A stretch of 64,000 nucleotides of DNA. Origin: Botryllus schlosseri. Taxonomy: Eukaryota. This document shows positions 1 to 12,449 of the stretch, piece by piece. Under the pieces are notes generated by a model, which was given only the letters and a program-made list of their open reading frames with translations, was not told where the DNA came from and made no database searches. The stretch lies in NCBI GenBank assembly GCA_051294905.1, contig CM119371.1, positions 2,482,001-2,546,000 on the forward strand, in the 5' to 3' direction. Made by a program: the position numbers and the translations under genes. Each line of letters begins with the position of its first letter. The first letter of the stretch is position 1.

Positions 1-47
1 TATTGAGCACAATTTGCCAATTTTTGCCGCCCAGCAATTAAATTAGG

Positions 48-206
48 TCAATCGTCATATGATTGACTCTGGATTACGGTAGTTTTTTTTTGAGACAGCA
101 GCGGATATCTATAGTAATCCAATCCAGTATTTAGAGAATCTACGCTTCGAGGTACGGTATTACCTTCAGCCATCGCTTTCGGTTCGTGATATTGATTAAA
201 ATACTC
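48..206 (-). CDS. possible terminal exon of the NLR gene (EYFNQYHEPKAMAEGNTVP...QSYDD*)
   Basis: Acceptor cctgtatcag|GAG is phase 0, matching the phase-0 donor of exon 488-801. The frame is open to TGA at 48-50. An alternative donor GAAG|gtaata lies at 164/163. No domain similarity recognised. Confidence 0.3.
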   Translation of the reverse strand, partial: EYFNQYHEPKAMAEGNTVPRSVDSLNTGLDYYRYPLLSQKKTTVIQSQSYDD

Positions 207-487
207 CTGATACAGGCTATTCATATATCATGTATGTTCAATGAGCAGGTTGCTACTATATCGTTCCCATCGAATATGATTTTGAAAATTGCTATCTTTC
301 CCGCAATAGGCCTAAGCGGCGTGAAATTATGACACCGAATGGATTGCTACGAACAGTGCATCGCCGCGAAAAGATGTGAATATTGCATCATATCGGAAGA
401 GGATAGACTTCACAATGACATGAATTCCAGATTAAAACATAATATAGTTTTCGTACGAAAGGAATCATTTGAAAAAGTACGACTCAC

Positions 488-801
488 TTGTATTCGATTT
501 TCCAGACACCTTGTAATGATGCCCAACAGCTCGTCGTCGATACTGCAGCTGCTTAAATTCAGAGAACGAAGGCTTTGATTCCTTGCTGCAAGCGATCCAA
601 CGATATGATCTTCATCGCGATTCAATGAGATGTTAGATGCGTTGATGACGGAAAGATCTTTCATAAGATTGTCGTCACCCGATTCGTAGATTGCTGTATA
701 GAGTTCCATGCGAACGAATCTGTCTTCGTATCCAGTCTTATCATGAAGTTGTGAACGGATCGATTGATATAAAGCTTGTTGCTTCCTTTTTTGATCCGGG
801 A
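488..801 (-). CDS. NLR gene exon: end of helical domain plus first LRR(s) (…MELYTAIYES…LRSLNLSSCSIDDELLGII…)
   Basis: Lies inside ORF 410..874. Acceptor tgtattgcttgacag| is phase 1 and in frame with the NACHT exon. Donor CAA|gtgagt at 488/487. LxxLxLxxCxI ribonuclease-inhibitor-type LRR motif. Confidence 0.75.
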
Positions 802-1447
802 CTGTCAAGCAATACACAATGTCATTGTCGTTGTACCGGTATTCGTAATGTTTGCCTAATCGTTTACGTAACAATTGAATAATTCACGCGATTGTGATGA
901 GACAGGGTTCAAATGGAGTCATTGAACTTTAATGACTAGTTCACAATAACAAGATCATTTCATGCGCATTAATATCGCATGTTCGACTAAGATCGGCTCC
1001 AGAATTCATACCTAAGTGTTAAAGGTTTATTTAGGCTCACCCTCCGCAAGCTGTATCTTTCAAAAAGCTTAGAAGTGGGCCGTGCTACAAGTCGACGGAT
1101 GCGAAACCAAAAATGCAAAAAATCGGCATGGTGCAAATGACACTTTTAGTCGACAGACACCAGAAATACCCGAACAAAAAAACAATGTCACATAGTGATC
1201 ATCGATGGGCCCTGGTAGCGTTCACGTTCAATAATCTGCGAACTTATGCAGATATTAGATGTATAGGTTTTATTTAGCCGACTGAATGTAAAGAGTTATT
1301 TACCAGCCGTGTATGAATTTAAGATCTTTCGACTATTTCACCTCTTCGATTGTGACAATACCATCAAAGTCGTGATAAACCATAAGCGACCCATAATAAT
1401 CAATCTGTGCTGCGGCAGAATAGCCGCGGAAAACCATGATTACTCAC

Positions 1448-2887
1448 CGCTGTGAAGATAGTTATTGGATTTTATGTAAACGATGCCTGTAACGAATCTT
1501 CGAACCACGGACCATCGTTTCTCATGTAGATGTTGGTCAGCAAAGCGAGAGAACATTTCGAGCTCCATTTCCGAGATAAAACTAGCCGCCAGAAATTCCT
1601 GCATGCTTTGATGACAGAAGAAGAATGTGAAGTCGCCTTCCATCAAGTGACGGCTGAGGATGTTGTTGCCAGGCACTTTCGTCATCAAATCCTGCACTTC
1701 GTCAGCGGAAACTTTAAACCGATCCAAATCTGCTTTGTAGAATACGACTCGCCCCTCTTTCATGCCTTCAAACGCCATTGCCTTCAATTTGTGGATAATC
1801 GAGAGGATTTGCTTTCTGTTTCGCATATTTTCCACACTCCGTAAGACTAACAGGATCCTGCTGTATAATTCTGTCACGGTAGACGGAGGAGGTCTATCTG
1901 GATCAATTCCCATCACCACAGCAATCAAAATCAGGAAAACCGGGACCGATACAAGTTGCAACAATCGCGGTGACATGATTTTAATCTTCTCCCAGAGATG
2001 CTTCCCGTTCTCACAGAGCAGACACGTGAACAGTTTATAAGCATCTTCTAACGTGAGACCATTGAGTGTTATTATTTTTTCAGGGCGTGCTTGCGCCGGT
2101 AATTCGGAGACTTTGAATTCACGTGACGAGACGATGATCCTGACATGACGAAGGATCTTGCGGGATAAGATATTGTACATGATGGTCGCAGAGCTCGCTT
2201 TCTTATACGGTGTAATCTTTCGGAGGCTGCACTCCTCGAAGTCCCACTGCATCTGATCAAGCCCGTCAAAAATGATAATTGCATCACTTTGATTCTCGAC
2301 CAGCCATTCAAAAGCTTTTTCCTCTTCAGATTCATTTTTGAAGAGACCGTCGAATAGGAACTTGGATGTTTTGATACCGCTCTCTTCATCCATGTTCTTT
2401 AATTCAATATAATGTATTATTTTACGTTTCGGTTCACCGTTGTCACTCACAGATGAAATTCCGAGCGCTTTTTGAGCAATTCTACGCATGAGGGTGGTTT
2501 TACCCGATCCTGCAGACGCGACCATAGCAGTGTAACCAACATTATAATTTGAAGGTAATTTCTCATACTTTGACACCGATTCCATTATCTTTTCCATTGT
2601 TATCAATTTACCGTCGTTGTCGGATTGACGATAAAACCCGACTTCCTCTATCAACTGACTTTGAAAATCTTTTCTTCTAGATCCATGAACAGTTTCGTCA
2701 GTTGCAGATTTTTTGTCGCGAAAACGGCCTTTGTAGTAGTCATCAACATTGACCTTCTTCATTTGCGGGAAAACCTCGAAGTCAGGTTCGTGAAGAAATT
2801 CATTCTTGAAGTCTTCACGAATTCCACCTGCCGTTTCTTGATGAGTATGGTCGTTTATAACTTTTATCAATTTCTTGTATTTAACGC
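1448..2887 (-). CDS. NLR gene, large NACHT exon (NTPase, HD1, winged helix, start of HD2)
   Basis: ORF 1440..2870 has Walker A ASAGSGKTT, Walker B IIIFDGLDQ, sensor-1 IIVSSR, VPVFL motif and WHD motif FFFCHQSMQEFLAA. Acceptor ctcttttctgcag| at 2888/2887, donor AGCG|gtgagt at 1448/1447. Confidence 0.93.
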
Positions 2888-3759
2888 CTGCAGAAAAGAG
2901 AGCTTATATTAGGAAATATATCAAAACTGCTACGTCATATTGGCTGTAAGAAATTATTGCAAATGGTACCGGTACCTTCTTACACTAGGACAGGGGTTCT
3001 CAACTTCCATCGTATAACGGGCCGCATTTTAACAGCGAAAGACGCTGCGGGCCGTAGAACATCATTTCCATGTATTAGTGGGATACTACCAAATTTAGGC
3101 TACTATAGCCTACTTCTTTCCTTCCATGGATGCAGCCCTACTAGTATTTCCACTCTGATAGAGAGCCCCCAGATAATTAATTCGCTCTCTAATGTCTGTG
3201 GAGTCAGTGGATTCGTCCGATGCCTGGCCAAAGTAGTCTACGCGTCAACGTATTTCAGAACATGCGATGAAACATCGACTGAAATTGCTGCTACTCTTCT
3301 GGTCACGGTTGAAACAGACAACTGTAACTTCAAAATTTGTCAGGTGATGTTGTCCTTGCTGTTAAGTATCGGAAGCAGCGAATATTCGTTTTATTGAAAT
3401 CACGCCTTCTATGGCCAATCTCGTGGGTTTAACGATATTACAAGCAATTTTAAACCATGCGTCTGTAACATAATCGACAATTTTAACATTGCCTCGAAAT
3501 ATAGATTGGTGGGCTTGATACCTAATAGCTAGCAATGTTTTTTCTAACACCAGGCGATGCGTACAACTTCAGAAGAAAGTGTCGTGGTATAATCTTGAGC
3601 TTGTACGCTTCGCCACGAAAACTGTTATTCGACAAATATGTCACATCGGTTTTCCATTCATATCTGAGAAAGCAAATTGATTGTTCCGAACGGAGTTACA
3701 AACTCAGTTCCCGCCGTTTAATTAGGCGAATTGGAGGGACCGTTATACGATCGGCAACG

Positions 3760-4570
3760 CAGGACCATAACAGCAGTTTTTCAGACCCACCCCCCTCCCC
3801 GAAAAAAAATCATTGGTATTGGGGCCCAATAGGGTGATATGCCCGACTTTTCGCGTAAGAAGTCCATCTGACTTTAATTTTTGGGCTGCTACTTATCAGC
3901 GAGTTATGTGTACCGTTTGGCAAGTCAGCTTTAGTCGTCTAGACTCGCGAAAGACGAAATTTTTATATAATTCATGACTAAATCGGTCAATATGATCAGG
4001 AATTGGATATATATGTTGTTATTAATTTTTTAATTCCTCTCTGCTCATTTAACCAGATTTATTGGTAGAGCTGAGTGAGTTGTCTTGGAAAATGTAGGGG
4101 CCGTTAATAATGATGAAACAACTTCGGGCGGACCCGTTGGTATAATGATTTCATCGCATGATGTTATTTAGTGACCTCCTGTCTGCTATGTCTAAAGATA
4201 CTGGCGAATAATTTTTCCCTGCGAGATGACATATGTCTTGTGGGATTCAAATTTCTTGGACAGGAACGTTCAGCGCCATTTATTTAGCGGCTATGGACAA
4301 TTGGAAAATATATAGAAGTTTTCGGTCAGCATAGGGGCGGTCTTTTTCAGCCAAAGATTTCTTTCTGGCGATTTCCTGGCACACTTCTTGGGGTCGCATG
4401 TGACATGGCCTAAAACCACATATATCTTGGTACGTTGTGGCACGGTAATGGCCGAGGCCGAAATGTCAATTTCTCTAAATAATGCTAATCTGTTCTTGGG
4501 GAGGTAACCAATACTCAGGATATTTGGCAACAATAAATCGCGTGCAACGCGGAACACTTATGAAAATGTT
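3760..4570 (+). mobile_element. truncated copy of the hAT-type non-autonomous family at 54392-55622, in an NLR intron
   Basis: Starts CAGGACCATAACAGCA (cf. CAGGGCCGTAACAGCA). Internal blocks are similar to 52900-53900 and 54550-55550. Confidence 0.6.
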
Positions 4571-4766
4571 GGATATCTATGAATTTCCCAAATTTCGAAC
4601 TCCGTTAGTTTTGGAGTACCACAGAAGCCAGAACACTAATGAAATCTTCAAGACTTTCAGGCCTGGCAAAACTTCTTCACATATTTTGAACATCATTGTA
4701 AAGGTGCCTTCAGCAGATCCTTCCCCAAATTTACAAACCGTATTGAATAAAGAGCATTATACTCAC

Positions 4767-4913
4767 TTTGAATCCCGAAAGGTGTTTCTTCTTCAGCGCC
4801 AGTAATGTTGTAGACGATTTTTTTTACATTTATTTGATCTCCGGCCATGACGTTAACAGAGCTTTTCGTGAACTTCAGATTGACATTTTCTCCTTCGGCC
4901 AAAGTTGCGGATC
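4767..4913 (-). CDS. NLR gene coding exon 2 (GSATLAEGENVNLKFTKSSVNVMAGDQINVKKIVYNITGAEEETPFGIQ)
   Basis: Acceptor tgtgtttcttag|, donor CAAA|gtgagt. 147 bp, phase 1-1, joins in frame to both flanking exons. Confidence 0.7.
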
Positions 4914-5547
4914 CTAAGAAACACATTTTTATTGTATAGGCCTACAGCTTGTCAGGTTCAATATATAGCCTTATAACAAAATGATATGGATTCTATTATT
5001 TTCTTCGATGTCCTTCAGATTATTATTTGCGCAACAAGCAAAATGTAAGGTATTTAAATAACTTCACAACTGTTCCAGATGGAGAATATTACCATGTATT
5101 ATAAGAGATCTGAACTCAAATACTAGGCTACTAACCGCTTATTACGGAGAATCGTTATCTTTACCGTCTTCTGGCACTGTACGGATAAGGTGGTACTAAT
5201 TAGCTAGCATATATGACGATACTGAAAATATTTCTTAGCATTCTATGTTGAATCCTTCGAATTTCATAATCGATAACTTTCTCATCAACAGTCATAACCT
5301 CCCATGCCATCAAACTGTCCGCTGTGATAGCCAACATTCTTGTGCCCTTTTGTTGTGAAATGACTATAAAAGGGGCAGGATATTTTTATTGTTATAAATG
5401 AGGGCGTGTCTATTAAAGCATGAAAACCACTGCTTCACGGCATTGTCTTTAAACGATTGTAGATTGCAGCCAAAGTCTGAGAGGCCTGACACGCGATTAT
5501 TCAGGCCGGCGAATAGTGATGATATCTTGCGCACATGGCCTGTTGTG

Positions 5548-5963
5548 TAGGATTACCATACGTCCTCTTTTAAGAGGATTTGTCCTCTTTTTTGACTTTT
5601 TTGAAAGTGTCCTCGGAGGACGCCCTTTTGTCCTCTTTTTGGGATTTTGTCCTCTTTTTTGAAAATTTAGGCAGATGTAGAGCAAATTACGAGTGATATG
5701 CCGCAAATTAGCACAGAAGTGACTCTCCGGCGGGTATTGCGGAGTGAAAAACGCTGATTTTAGCTCTGAGCAGAAGTGATGACCTTTTTTTTTTTTTAGT
5801 CATCTACCTGGCAATGTGGAGTAAAAAACGTTAATTTGAGCTCTGAGCAGAAGTGATGAGTGGGAAAAATTAACCGGTTTTTCAGAATTTTACTCCGGTT
5901 TTGCAAGTTGCAAATTTCTGAAAAAGTGTCCTCTTTTTGGATTTCCAAACTATGGTAAGCCTA
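5548..5963. mobile_element. hAT (Blackjack-like) MITE
   Basis: TIR TAGG(A/C)TTACCATA…TATGGTAAGCCTA, 8-bp TSD CTGTTGTG/CTGTTGTA, GTCCTCTTTT subterminal repeats. Sister copy at 8388-8734. Confidence 0.85.
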
Positions 5964-7619
5964 CTGTTGTAGGCCTACATACGATTGCTCAGGTCGGTTG
6001 TTGACGCGAACAATTATTGAGTATTGCGAGCGGCTGCAACTATCCTCTACCCAATTATGTGCATGTAGCCTACAAATGACAAACCAATCCAGCAGGATAT
6101 GGCATGTGGCTCTGTGCAGCACGGACGAATCTTGCTAATTGGCAGCGCTTAACACTGGTAATACGAATTATGCGAATCGCGATTGAAAACAAACACGAAG
6201 AAGGATGTGATTTGAAGGTAAGATTTTGCACAGTATAAATAAAAAAATTATGGTAATTCAGTATACATGGACGGGCTACTCGTGAGCCACTTCAATTTTA
6301 TTCTAGCGACTTTGATTCTAAAGCATAATATATATGGCATATGACATGAACTTATACGGAAATATATTACGTTTTCATAATTTTGTACCTTTCTATGCGC
6401 TCAGAACATATGCTTGACAGACTGACCATCAGCTATTCAACTAACAGCTATACGCATTCGCCAGTTACTCTTATCAGAGGCATCTCCGGATCGGTGCAAT
6501 GTGCATCATTCAAAATCTAGTGTTAGTGCATGGATGGTTCGATCATCACAATGATGACAGTTACATCGTAATATAATCAAGATTATTGACGTTATTGAAA
6601 CACGTTTCAGCACAAATTAGACTTGTTCCAAGTGCAAGAAACGAATTTTTTTTTCAGATGGCTTCGTGTCCCCCTAATATGCTTCAACGCCGTCTAATGG
6701 AGGTGTGCCCCCAGGTTGAAAAACACTGTTTTTGACCTTAAAATACATTTACCAGTACCTTTTATTTTATGAGAACTTTGCAATGTCTTAATTAGCAGAA
6801 TAAGATTAGCCTATGCAACTAAAACAATATATTATAGATATACATTGGTTCCAAAACAGTGTGACGCCACAGAATCTCAGGTGTGCCGTAAGTCTTTCAG
6901 GGATTTTGAAGAAAAACACTGTATAATATTGAAGATTGGGCAATGGGCATGCAGATCAGCAGAGCGGTCAAAATTTTACAGCATACTGATAAATAAAGAA
7001 CAGACGCCCAAGTGCATTGTCCATACAATCAATCCTGGCATTGCCGACGAATATGGTAATGTCTAAATCATCATTGGGCGACTACGTCCGGATAAAAAGT
7101 TATTTTTATTCCCTTCAAATCAACTCATAATAACGAAATCGTGCCACAAATGTTTGCACAATGCCTAGAATTCAATTTACACAACAATACTTTACATGAA
7201 TATCTGTTAACATATAGGCCTACAGGCTAGTAATCAACTCAATTATAAGCCATGAATCAAGCCTCCGTTTTCAGAAGAAGAACATCTCATCGATGTACTG
7301 ATTGCCTTTATTTTTGAAACTCCATAACTTCACGAAAAATTTGTGATGTCCCTTTCAAATCCTATTCCATGATAACTCAACAATATGAAGGCATGTTACT
7401 GAATGATTAAACATAGTTTCAGGGCAAGATACCGTAATTTTCCATGTATAATCCGCAAAATTTTAACGATTTTTTTCCTTCCTTTTCTTCCTTTCCTTAA
7501 AAGGTCATTCATTGATTGCTGAACGCGCGCGCGGCAATCCTCGCCACTTCATCGCCAGGCCATGTGCGCAAAATGTAATCGCTTGCGTAATCAGTCGCAC
7601 CTCCAATAGGCATGGTGTG

Positions 7620-8072
7620 CAGTAGGGCTCTTTAAAAATGACATTTTTTTCAAATCGAACTGGCTACTTGATAAAATTGTTAGGTTACCTAATTTAGGCG
7701 CAATAAAATAGTATTTACGGTGACCGATTCTTTGTTTATTTATTATAGTTGTGCTCACCGTAAATACTATTTTATTCAAATCACAATTTTTCGACGGCAA
7801 TAACTCTGCTTCCACTGGTTGGAATTGAACCAAATTTGGGGAGCATCGTTTCTATTGACAGCCTAACACTTTCATGGGGTGAACAGAAAAGTTTCAAATT
7901 TTTTATTGTTTATTTTTATATAATAAATAGAAACTTTCTTCTCCTGTAGCAAAGCGGTTACTGGCTGGAATTGAACCAAATTTTGTGTGTAGGCCTAAAT
8001 TAGGTAACCTAACAATTTTATCAAGTAGCCACTTCGATTTGAGAAAAAAGTCATTTTTGAAGAGCCCTACTG
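7620..8072. mobile_element. MITE with ~80-bp TIRs, nested
   Basis: 7620-7699 is the near-perfect reverse complement of ~7993-8072 (CAGTAGGGCTCTT…AAGAGCCCTACTG). No clear TSD. Confidence 0.75.
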
Positions 8073-8387
8073 TGCACGAAATAACCGTTGGCCTTAGCAA
8101 TTGCATCTGACCTCGTACGCAAGATGTCGCGTCGCCAGCCTCGCAGGCTTTGGCTGCTATCTACTATAGTATAGAGGCAATCGCATCGGTAATAGGCCTC
8201 TTGCGCAATACGTCGTGTCGCTGGCCCGAACTATCGCGTCGCCAGCCTCGCAGGCTTTGGCTGCTCGGTACTATGGTTTAGAGACAATGCCGTTAATTGC
8301 ATAATGATTAGCGATAGTTATGTCATCATTGTTCGACAGTGACATCGCAGTGATATCGCGTACTAAAACACAGCTATTCATGTACTG

Positions 8388-8734
8388 TAGGCTTACCATA
8401 CGTCCTCTTTTAAGAGGATTTGTCCTCTTTTTTGACTTTTTTGAAAGTGTCCTCGGAAGACGCCCTTTTGTCCTCTTTTTTGAAAATTTAGGTCAGATTT
8501 AGAGCAAATTGCGAGTGATATGCCGGAAATTAGCACAGAAGTGAAGCTCCGGCGGGTATTTCGGAGTGAAAAACGGTGATGTTAGCTCTGAGCGAAAAAA
8601 AGACCTTTCTTTTAGTCAACCGAACACAACGTGGGAAAAATTCACCGATTTTTGAGAATTCTACTCCGGTTTTGCAAGTAGCAATTTTCTGAAAAAGTGT
8701 CCTCTTTTTACATTTCCAAAATATGGTAAGCCTA
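8388..8734. mobile_element. hAT (Blackjack-like) MITE, nested
   Basis: TIR TAGGCTTACCATA, perfect 8-bp TSD ATGTACTG (8380-8387, 8735-8742). Confidence 0.9.
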
Positions 8735-9025
8735 ATGTACTGTGAATGCAGGGTGCGTACTATACATGGGTACAGGCTTTTTCCCAGAATTTGCATGCCA
8801 TTTTAAGGGTGCGTATTATACATGGGGGCGTACTATACTTGGAAAATGACGGTATATCTGCATAAACAAGCATAGCCAACGCATACATGTGAACCGATTT
8901 TAAGCAACCGGAAATGGGTCACAATAAGCGTAAACACTTTGGTAAAGGTAACCAATGTATATATATATCCAATTCATTTTAATAATATCGATCACACGAA
9001 TAGCAGTAATTAAGGATAACCTTAC

Positions 9026-9098
9026 CGGTAGCTACGGCTGACGACGATGAAGGCCCATCAGTGATACCAGAATCTTCACATCGACGCCTTTTCGCCAT
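9026..9098 (-). CDS. NLR gene putative first coding exon (MAKRRRCEDSGITDGPSSSSAVAT)
   Basis: ATG in context ATCATGG at 9098, preceded by an acceptor (tttactgatag|, implying an upstream UTR exon). Donor ACCG|gtaagg is phase 1 and compatible with exon 4767-4913. Confidence 0.6.
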
Positions 9099-9580
9099 GA
9101 TAAGCCAACTATCAGTAAATATTAAATTGCTCCTGTATGAGAAAATACCTAAAATCCAAGAACAGTAGTTACGCTTTTCCAAGAACTTCATAAGCATAAA
9201 ATGTGGAGACTCAAGTCAGCAACTGCAAACAGACACAAATTTACCAGTCCCATTATCCATGTGAAATTCAATCACCGTTAAGGAACAAATCACATCAAGT
9301 ATCCAAGAAGCAAACAATTTTTTATATGTTCATGTCATTTACCAGGAGTCCAACTCCAACCTAGCGATCAGTAACCGTAACAACTAAGCTTCTAGTTCAG
9401 GATTAATATTCCCGTAAAATTTAATAATCCCGCCCTAAAACCCACGGAAGAACTTATAAAATACTGGAACTGAACTTCAAAACCTATTATTCTCAGTGAA
9501 CAGTTCTAGATCTGAAACTGTTTCAATTTGAACGGGCATATGATCCATGACTGGCAACCTGTCATTCCTCCTATGACTCT

Positions 9581-10462
9581 ATTGATGCTAAAATGTCTTG
9601 GAAACAGCATGTTGAATGCACAATATCAAAACTAGCTCGGTGTGTGGGAATAATGACCCGTCTGCAATCTTTGGTTTCCAGATCAATACTACGAACCATA
9701 TATTTTTCTCTTTTCCACTCTCACCTGCAATATGGAATCGTAGTATGGGGAAGTGCATGCAAAACATTTCTGTGCAGAATTCGAACCCTGCAAAACCGTG
9801 CGATACGGCTGATCTCATCTGTACCTTTACGTACCAATTTATCGCCTTACTACCGTAAGCATCGAATTTTGCGAGTTGATGAGCTATATCGCTTCGAAGT
9901 ATCAAAAGTTGTTCACAAATATTTTTCCAATAGTCTGCCTCCTGTGTTTGATGACTTTTTCATACCTGCTAAAAATGTCCATTCCCATTACACGAGATCC
10001 TCGTCAAAGGGAAATATCTACTTACCCCCACCCAATAGCAACCTAACTAAGAGATCTATCGACTACTCGGGACCTATCATTTGGAATGCATTACCACCAC
10101 ATATCCGTGAATTGCCTTATGATAGATTCAAAAAAGCCCTACTTGATCACCTCTTATCGTTACACTAACACTGTTGCCCTGCCTCGCCCAGACATTGCTT
10201 CATTGATCATTTGCTACCATCGTTTAATTTTTCTTCTATTTTATTTTTTTAACTACTGTAACTTTTTTTACAGCCAGACTGTTTAGAGTCAAGTGTACCT
10301 GTTTGATGCTGGTGTGATCAGACTAGATGACCCTCACGGTCTTATCGATCATTCCTATCTAATACCGAATACTGTGCATGCATATTTTCTGTACCATACC
10401 ACCACTGCCGTGTGTTATGTATTTTGGTTTGATGAAAAAATAAAGACTCTCTCTCTCTCTCT
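9581..10462 (+). mobile_element. 5'-truncated non-LTR retrotransposon (CR1 group: L2/Crack/Daphne-like), ORF2 C-terminus plus 3' UTR
   Basis: ORF 9593..10168 has the post-RT motifs IDxKMSWKQHV, IYFSLFHSHLQYGIVVWG, LQNRAIR, HSHYTRS and GPIIWNALP. Ends in AATAAA plus a (CT)n tail. Confidence 0.9.
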
Positions 10463-10957
10463 AAATAGCACTCCTGAATGTCAAGCCATACAGTTGAAAT
10501 AAATGCTGGAATAATTCGACCAATCCAAGTGTAACTGCCTTGCCAGTCTGTCTCAACGTTGATCAATTCAGAAGGTTCTCGTTCAAACCAATCAGACTAA
10601 TTCAGATAATTTATACCACTAAGAAGCTGGTGTTCAATGAATATTTCACAACGTAGTTCAACACCTTGCACTGTAAAATGCGCCGCTTGATTAGCGAATT
10701 AGGCAAGACTATGCAATGGTGAGCGACAATAACACGGGTGAGTCAAGTAGACGATCAGAAAGGAGACAGTAAGCATTCAACATTCAACACAACGGGGATT
10801 CTCTCTGTTAACATTGAGTAGTTTACATCACGGTAATTGTTTATTGATTAAAACAGTGTTTTGGGCTACATTGCTGCATTTCTTGATTATCTTTTACCAC
10901 GCCTTATTGGAAGAAGGTTACTATTCATATTTGCAGGCATATGCAGTAGGGCTGTTC

Positions 10958-11155
10958 AGTGTGCCTATGAGGTTAATTTTTCTGCGTCGAGGACTGAATG
11001 AATTCCAGCGAAGGTATTGGCATGTGAATGTCGGTTTCCTGAAAACAGACGTTTCATATTTGTTGATATTGGTGTACCTCATAGGCACACTCGTGCATAG
11101 AGCGTTGGTGGTATGTTCGGGTAACAAACTGAGTTTAGAACTTGCGACATTGTCA
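10958..11155. mobile_element. Penelope-like retroelement RT C-terminal fragment with internal inversion
   Basis: Minus strand encodes TSVFRKPTFTCQYLRWNSFSPRRRKINLIGTL. Plus strand continues LIGTLVHRALVVCSGNKLSLEL. These are contiguous PLE thumb motifs. Confidence 0.8.
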
Positions 11156-11823
11156 AAATACCCATTTCAGTTGGTATGAGTCAAGATACTACATTCATAT
11201 TTCCCCCCGAGATCTTTTAAACATACAATTTTTAGCATCAATGTCATCATAACACTCCGGCACTAATTTGAGTCGCATAACCGTTATGCATAGCCTGTGC
11301 GGTTCCAATATCCTTTGCTGGATGAGCCACTGTCAGGCAATTCACAATATTTAGAACAACTGCATCAAAAATGTAGAAATTGCGAGAAAAAACGATTCCG
11401 CCGAATCCAAACCACCATTATCAGATGTTGAAAGCTCCAATCTTTTTCAAAGGATTTCTTCGATTATTCAGTTCAGTTCCTATGCCAAATGAGTTAGTAG
11501 TGTATGAATTTGTCCTAATCGTCAATTAAGCTATCAACAATATACCAATGCATCTTGAAAAATATACAATATGATAAACAACGCTCATAATATCAACAGC
11601 TTTCAGCTCTTCCCAGGTTAACGATCGGCAGCTAGGCTGCTGGCCATCTGAATGTTTTGATACTCACGCTTCATCGTTCAGACATATGGCTCTTCTATTT
11701 ATTGTATAAAATCAGCATTGCAGAGTGCTTATAGACAATTTTGAGCGAGTTTGAATGAACGAAAGCGTATGGGGGGTGACTTTCTCAGAAAATGGGATAT
11801 TTCAAATCGTATTTTAACATACT

Positions 11824-12158
11824 TAGCGTGATGGTTAAGCGTCCTGCTTCTTGATCGGTAGGTCGTGGGTTCGATTCCCGGCCGGGGTCAGACCAAAGAC
11901 CTGATTAGTAACACTGGTATCCATGGCTTCCCTGCTTGGCGCTCATGCATTACTGGGATAGCATGGAGGGGTGGTGCATGACTTAGAAAGCTGTAAAGAC
12001 TATATCTGCACTTCCTTGTCCAGCGGCATATGCACATCATGTACTCATGGTATGCATATGCGCAGATCGCGTGTATGTGTATCATGAGTCGGTGTATATG
12101 CCGCAAAAAACATCAAGGACAAAAATAAACTACGTCCTTTCCTTCCTTTCCTTCCTTT
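11824..12158 (+). mobile_element. tRNA-derived SINE (central domain resembles Meta-type SINE core)
   Basis: A box TAGCGTGATGG, B box GGTTCGATTCC, then CAGACCAAAGAC…CTTCCCTGCTTGGCGCTCA. AATAAA followed by a (TTCCT)n-like tail. Confidence 0.85.
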
Positions 12159-12449
12159 CGAAATCAGACAAGAGCAATACATTTTTGAAAAGAACTCTCT
12201 CTCTCTCTCTCTCTCTCATAATTTAAGATTCTGCAGTAAAAAAAATTTGGAAAATTTTGTGATTCCAGCTGCACCTTAGGGCCTTAAACTTATACGCCTC
12301 GTTACAACAACTGTTCTTAGACAAATATGACACATCGGCCTTCCATAACAATAATGTACCGCAGTAGTAATTGCGTTCCTAATGAAAGATGTCGCGGGCC
12401 GCAAAATAACTGTCTACGGGAGTAGTGTATAGGATCGGTCGTGACCTGG

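Larger units (their letters stand above)
7432..8852. mobile_element. Tc1/mariner-pogo-like non-autonomous element hosting two nested MITEs
   Basis: Imperfect TIRs CCGTAATTTTCCATGTATA…TATACTTGGAAAATGACGG, flanked by TA on both sides. Confidence 0.65.

Noticed and set aside
1530..2389. ORFs overlapping the NACHT exon in other frames or the opposite strand
   Set aside because: Shadow ORFs of a real coding exon, with no motifs.
7613..8079. Transib/RSS-like CACAGT terminus
   Set aside because: Only one end reads CACAGT, and there is no 5-bp TSD.
11824..11890. tRNA gene
   Set aside because: A/B boxes run straight into a SINE core and tail shared with other copies; no convincing cloverleaf.
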